This document shows positions 58,901-64,000 of a stretch of DNA of 64,000 nt, piece by piece. The DNA is from Lama guanicoe (lineage: Eukaryota). Both the position numbers and the translations under genes were made by a program. The DNA lies in assembly GCA_013239625.1 (NCBI GenBank), contig MU054220.1, positions 2,231,374 through 2,295,373 of the forward strand, in the 5' to 3' direction. The notes beneath the pieces are model-generated. The model did not search any database, was not told where the DNA came from, and saw only the letters and a program-made list of their open reading frames with translations. Each line of letters starts with the position of its first letter. The first letter of the stretch is position 1.

Positions 58901-61900
58901 CAGTCATTCCTTGGGGGCTCTTTGGACCACCCGTCTTTTCCTTATTTGCATCACACATACTAAAACCACAAGCCACATATTACTACAGGCAGCATCTGAG
59001 CCCATCTCTGAAGTCAGGAGAGCTCTTAACACTACAAATGTTTTTCAACCTTGATACATACCTTCTCCTAAGCCATTCAGCTGAACTTCCCCAAAATATA
59101 TCCTGTAAGGAAGAAAGAAAAAAAAAAGTTACCTGATTTCTTTATTCTAAGGGCCTGTATACCACAACAACTAGAAACAAAATAAATAAAACCAATCCTT
59201 CTTTTCTTATCTGCATGAACACCTCTCCTAATGGAGCAACACTGCTACTACCTGATTAAGCTGTAGGCATGGGGATGTAAATGGAAAGGACTGGTTAAGA
59301 AATTCAGAAAATAAAAATTCAGTGGAAATTGCCATTTAAGTTTCTTATTCCTGCTCCTACAAGGTGTTTATAAAATATACCTACTGGGAAATAAACAATA
59401 TATAAATAAAATTGGCAAGTAGGTCTGGGACTACTATGAGAAGGTACAAGATTTTTTTTTTAATTGAGGTGTAATTGACATACATTATATTAGTTTCAGG
59501 GGTACATAATGATTCAGTATTTGTATACACTGCAAAATGATCATACTAAGTCTAGTTAACATCCATCATCATTCACAGTTACCATTTTTTTTTCTTGTGA
59601 TGAAAACTCAACATCTAGTTTCTTAGTTAGCCACTTTCAAATATGCAATAGAAGGTACTGGATTTTGAAGTGTAGTCTTCAATTAAAGGGAGCTCTCTGT
59701 GCTCGTCAAAAGTCATTCCAAAGTAAATTGGTGAAGAAATTAGAAAATCTTTTCCACCACAGAATAACTAGGGAAGACTATTCTAAAATATAAAAATATA
59801 AACACAGCAGAACTTTTCCATGAATCTCCCTGGGAAGGCCAATCCAAATTAGCTAAAAGTCTGAATTACAAAAAACACTTAAAATGTATTTTTATATTTT
59901 TCAAGTAATATTGTTAAAAATTAAACTAATACATGGGTTTTTCATTTTATTTTTCTTAAAAATTTTTTTTTTTAACCTTTGGGGGGAGGTAATTAGGTTT
60001 ATTTATTTATTTATTTATTTATTTTATTGGAGGTACTGGGGATTGAACCCAGGACATCCTGCATGCTAAGCATGCACTCTACCACTGAGCTATACCCTCC
60101 CCTCCATGGGTTTGTTCAATAAAAAGCAAGCTCCAACAATCTACAAAGCCCTATAGTTAGATGTCAGGGATAAGATAAAGATAAATTATGGGTAAGATTC
60201 AGGACAAATCTGAAATGTAGGTCTCAAACACTATAGTCTGGAGGGGAGAAAAGAAACGTGTATAAGTAGCTGAAATACATGTACAAAAGTGACAGACATC
60301 ATAAAGCAGGAGTCAAGCAAATTTTTATTTAAAGGATCAGTTAGCAAGTATTTTAAGCTTGCAGGCCATACAGTCTGCAGCAACTACTCAGCTTTGCTGT
60401 TGTAGCACTGATAACAGGTAAATGCATGGGGTGGCTGTGTTGTAAAATAACTATTTATAAAAACAAGCAGACAGTCTGCAGACCACACTTTGCTGACTCC
60501 TACCATAAAGTAATATAGGAATGACATTAATAAAGTGTAGCCAAAGGAGATTTTGCCAAGCACCCTCTGAGAAAAAGCTGAAACTTACTCAGCTCGCTGC
60601 TCATTTGAATATTGGTACAGTGCTTAAAATAATCTAATTCTGTTATACTTTCTTGTGGCTATACTCTTTATGCTACTCAGGTGCTAAGCAAAAGTCTTCT
60701 TCACAGATAGTAGACAATAAAACTTTAATTTAGTCTTGATGAACAACAAATTTCAAATGAGTTTTTATAACAATGTAGCTATAGCGAAATTATCAAATCT
60801 ATAGGATCAGGGAAAAAAATGATAGTACAGCAAAAAAAAAACCCAAAAGACAAGGCTATTGTTTAATAGTATAAGGCTATACTGTTAACCTGTTAGCAAC
60901 AGTATAAAAAGAAAAAAAAAGAGCTAAATCTACCTCTGAGACCACCCACTTCTCTAAGGTTTAAACTAGTTATCTGCATCCAAAAGCACACCTGATAATG
61001 ATAAGCAATCAGTGAGCAATACTGTATTACTCCAGAGATACAAGATAAATGAAGACTTTATTTATTTATTTATTTATTTAAATTGAATTTTAGTTTTTGA
61101 GGGGGGAGGCAATTACATTTATTTATTTATTTATTTAGTGGAGGTAGTGGGAATTGAACCCAGGACCTCGTGCATGCTAAGCATGCGCTCTACCAATTGA
61201 GCTATACCCTCCCCCATTAAATGAAGACTTTAAACACGGGTTTGAAAAGGACTAGAAGTCCTAGTTAACTAAGTAGTGTACACTACTAGTAGTGTAGCAT
61301 GGCTACTTACAGAAGAACCAAATTAAAGGGGACTTAGCATGAGAATGCTGAGAAATGAAAAATAAGAGTTATATAGGAATAAAAGTCTAGTAATTTTCAA
61401 AGGGAATACCCATCTTGAAACCCGAGAAGACAACAAAAACTTGGAAAAATAAACATGGGTAAGTTGCTAGATTATTTCAACAGAAATAGTTAAGTTCAAA
61501 TCCTTGGTCCTTCTATCCTACTATACTTATTTCTTCTCAAAATCAGCTCTGTACATGTGAACCAAAGGCTAAAACCCATGGCTCATCACAAATGTGGAAA
61601 AGAGTCTTGGATGATTTGGGAACCTCTGGCTTTCCATGCTCTGCTTTCACACTTTCCTACATATCCTCAACACTACCGCTCTGGTCCATTCGACAACCTG
61701 AGGATAGCTCACATCCTGCCCCCAATTTCTATGCCTTGCCATCCGTTGTACGCCTGACCTGGAATGATCATTCTCCCTCACTCCCAGCAGATGAAATTTT
61801 CTCTACCTCGAGGTCTAGTCTGAATGCCACTTCCTCCATGAAGCCTGCCTTAATCTCCCACCCAATCAAACTTTTGCTTCCTATGTTTTCACAGTACGTT

Positions 61901-63833
61901 TTCCCTGACACTGCTATGCAAATCCTGCTTTTTATTTTAATTATGCATGTACCAAACATTTCCCCATTACATTAGAAATACGAGTAGGGCTGGGCTCTAT
62001 ATAGTTCTTCCTTGGGCCTAACACAATACTTGCATTAAAAAAACATTCAATAATACATATGTGTTGAGGTGAAATAGTAAGAAAAATTCTCAAAGAATCG
62101 TCAACTAGTTCTTTATATCCACAGACAAATAATTAAAAACAAACTGCATTAGAGTTTGTTACACAGAGTTTTAATCTAATTCTGGAATTTAGAAGGCTGT
62201 GGAATACAGATACTTTGTTTTTAAAAGTCTTAAGCTCCTTTTCCAACAATGAGATATGTATCAGTAGGACCAAAAAATCCATTCCACAAGAATCAAGACT
62301 GTATACAAACAAAAGGTTTGGCTGCTTTGAAAAGCTGAGGTTCATAAGAGAGAATGGATAGACAAACATAGGAAAGCTATAGCATCAACTATCCAACCAT
62401 CTGTCCAAAAATTAATCACGGAATACCCGAATGCTAATCAGGCAATGTGCAAAGTGATGAGGCCGATGAGTGAATCATAAAGGTGAGCTGTTTACCTGTA
62501 CAGTATGACATATTCATGCCCTTGCTTTCTGGAGAGTCTGTAAGCTGGTGTCACCCTGGTTATAGCAAGGAGAGACTTCAGCAGCAATGACAGTCTGTTG
62601 TACACTGCATAGGAAACTTTGATTTCTTTATCACACCTAAGGAGCAAAGACACTATCAGTTCTCCTATTCAACCAGTGCAAAACAGAGAATTGAAATGCA
62701 ATGAATATAGAAATACTAGTTATGTTCCATTCAGTGACTGAGATCCACTTGTTAGCATTATTCATAAGTTCTGATTGGCTATCATCTGCTTTGCAGTCTA
62801 AATACACCTACAATCAACAGAGATGGTTGCAAATCAAGTGCTAAAGCTGTATATGATTAAACTATTATTAAAACATGTTCTAAACTAAAGCTGTAATAAG
62901 AGTTCTTTGACAGCTTATCAACAGATTGTTGAAGTAAGCCAAAGTTTCACTTTCTCATGCACTAGACAAAGGCAGATGGGCACCAAAAGGCATCTAATAT
63001 ATTTTTCTAGCTTTGAGGCAGTTATCTTTCTAAGAAATAAAGCAACATACTTAAAAACAGTAATTCAATATTGCAATTATATTACTGAAGGTGAAAACAT
63101 AATTTCAATGTCTTATGAGCAGTCTACCTCTATACATCTAACAGCAAATCTGGAGGAAAGTATTTGGTACTAAAATTTTGGACTATACCTGGCAATTGCC
63201 TTCTATTTAAGAAAGAAAAATAATGCCCACACCACTCATACTTATTACTAAGATTTTTCTTTTGATGTGCTGCTATTTCTCAATTTTCCTATATATTCTT
63301 CTTAAAAATTAAAGCTTCAGGCAAGAAGTAAGCTAATCTGCCCTGAAAGAAGAAAATGGAGGGGAAAATAACATGCATTTTCAACCCATGACCAACACAG
63401 CATGTATAAAGGAGTAGTGAGGGGAAATCTTATTGGATGTCTGCCACACAGAAAGCAGACAAAACAGAGTAGTCATGTTACAAGAGCTCAAGGGATTTAA
63501 TCAGAGAACTATCTGTACTCTGGGAAAACAACAAACCCTTTTCAGCTTTCTCTCTGCTCCTTTCCCTGAAGTGTCTGAGTCTCTCTGGACTGACACTCCC
63601 TTCTGAAGGTCATCTCTGTGCCTGGGCTGGGAGCCAAGCACGAAGCAAATTGTAGCAAAGACCTATTGGCTTTGTTAAGTGGTCAGAACACCCTCCATGA
63701 CTGATAACAAGGCCCTGCTTTTCACATGATGTTGTGTACTTTATCCTCAGCTACCACAACCAAGGACCCTAAGACAGAGCACTTACTTTTCATTCATTTC
63801 CAGACACCAAATTTCTAGCTCCATGGAATCTCC
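46997..63833 (-). CDS. ATG13: Autophagy-related protein 13, last 14 coding exons (460 aa in window); the N-terminus lies beyond the window end
   Basis: Exons (minus): 63787-63833, 62496-62636, 59062-59102, 58205-58301, 57793-57891, 56915-57008, 54016-54114 (99-nt cassette [11 protein letters not shown]...), 53152-53262, 52619-52755, 50484-50598, 49840-49917, 49554-49670, 48875-49003, 46997-47074; total 1383 nt, all GT-AG. HORMA-domain sequence [19 protein letters not shown] motif DDFVMI, C-terminus [15 protein letters not shown]. Confidence 0.98.
47410..47580. mobile_element. MER5A-like hAT-Charlie fragment
   Basis: CATCAGAATC...GACTCAGTGGGTCTGTGGTGAGGCCAAGGAATCTGC resembles the MER5A core. 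Confidence 0.6.
56795..56823 (+). repeat. (CAC)n trinucleotide microsatellite, about 9 units, in an ATG13 intron
   Basis: Uninterrupted CACCACCAC run. Confidence 0.95.
59945..60104 (-). mobile_element. tRNA-derived SINE (camelid Vic-1-like)
   Basis: Same head with (TTTA)n middle; TSD CATGGGTTT at 59932-59940 and 60105-60113. Confidence 0.88.
60308..60501. mobile_element. MER58A-like hAT-Charlie MITE
   Basis: Inverted ends CAGGAGTCAAGCAAA ... TTTGCTGACTCCT and internal GGCCATACAGTCTG...CAACTACTCAGC. Confidence 0.75.
61061..61217 (-). mobile_element. tRNA-derived SINE (camelid Vic-1-like), young copy
   Basis: Perfect 15-bp TSD TAAATGAAGACTTTA at 61046-61060 and 61218-61232; intact A and B boxes; CpGs retained. 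Confidence 0.9.
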
Positions 63834-64000
63834 CTGTAGACAATTGAAAGATATTTCAGTTTTTTTTAAATTATCTTCTTTTTTCTCATTATAAAGCACT
63901 ATATAGCCACTATATAAAATACTGGAAAGTATAAATAAGGTAAAAAAAAAAAGAGGTATCAATTTATAATCCAATCAGTGACTTTTCTAAATTAAAGTGA

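Overview
Mammalian genomic DNA, probably camelid (inferred from five young tRNA-Ala-like SINE copies resembling the camelid Vic-1 type). It carries the conserved block F2 (minus strand, exons 1-12 of 14) - ZNF408 (minus, complete, 724 aa) - bidirectional ETS-rich promoter - ARHGAP1 (plus, complete, 437 aa) - ATG13 (minus, last 14 coding exons plus 3'UTR). Between the exons are L1, L2, MIR, MaLR and DNA-transposon relics and a PPIA retrocopy fragment. I traced every exon junction by hand. All are GT-AG except two in F2: intron 12 has a GC donor (also known in human), and intron 8 starts GA with no usable donor, which is most likely a consensus error but needs checking. I see no convincing new multi-gene system. 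The best leads are small: the F2 donor anomaly, an in-frame Kozak-led N-terminal extension and a uORF for ARHGAP1, an RFX/CRE motif cluster with a splice donor in ARHGAP1 intron 1, a candidate cassette or poison exon in ATG13, and nested L1 insertions. Repeat subfamily names and human/bovine comparisons come from recall, not database searches.
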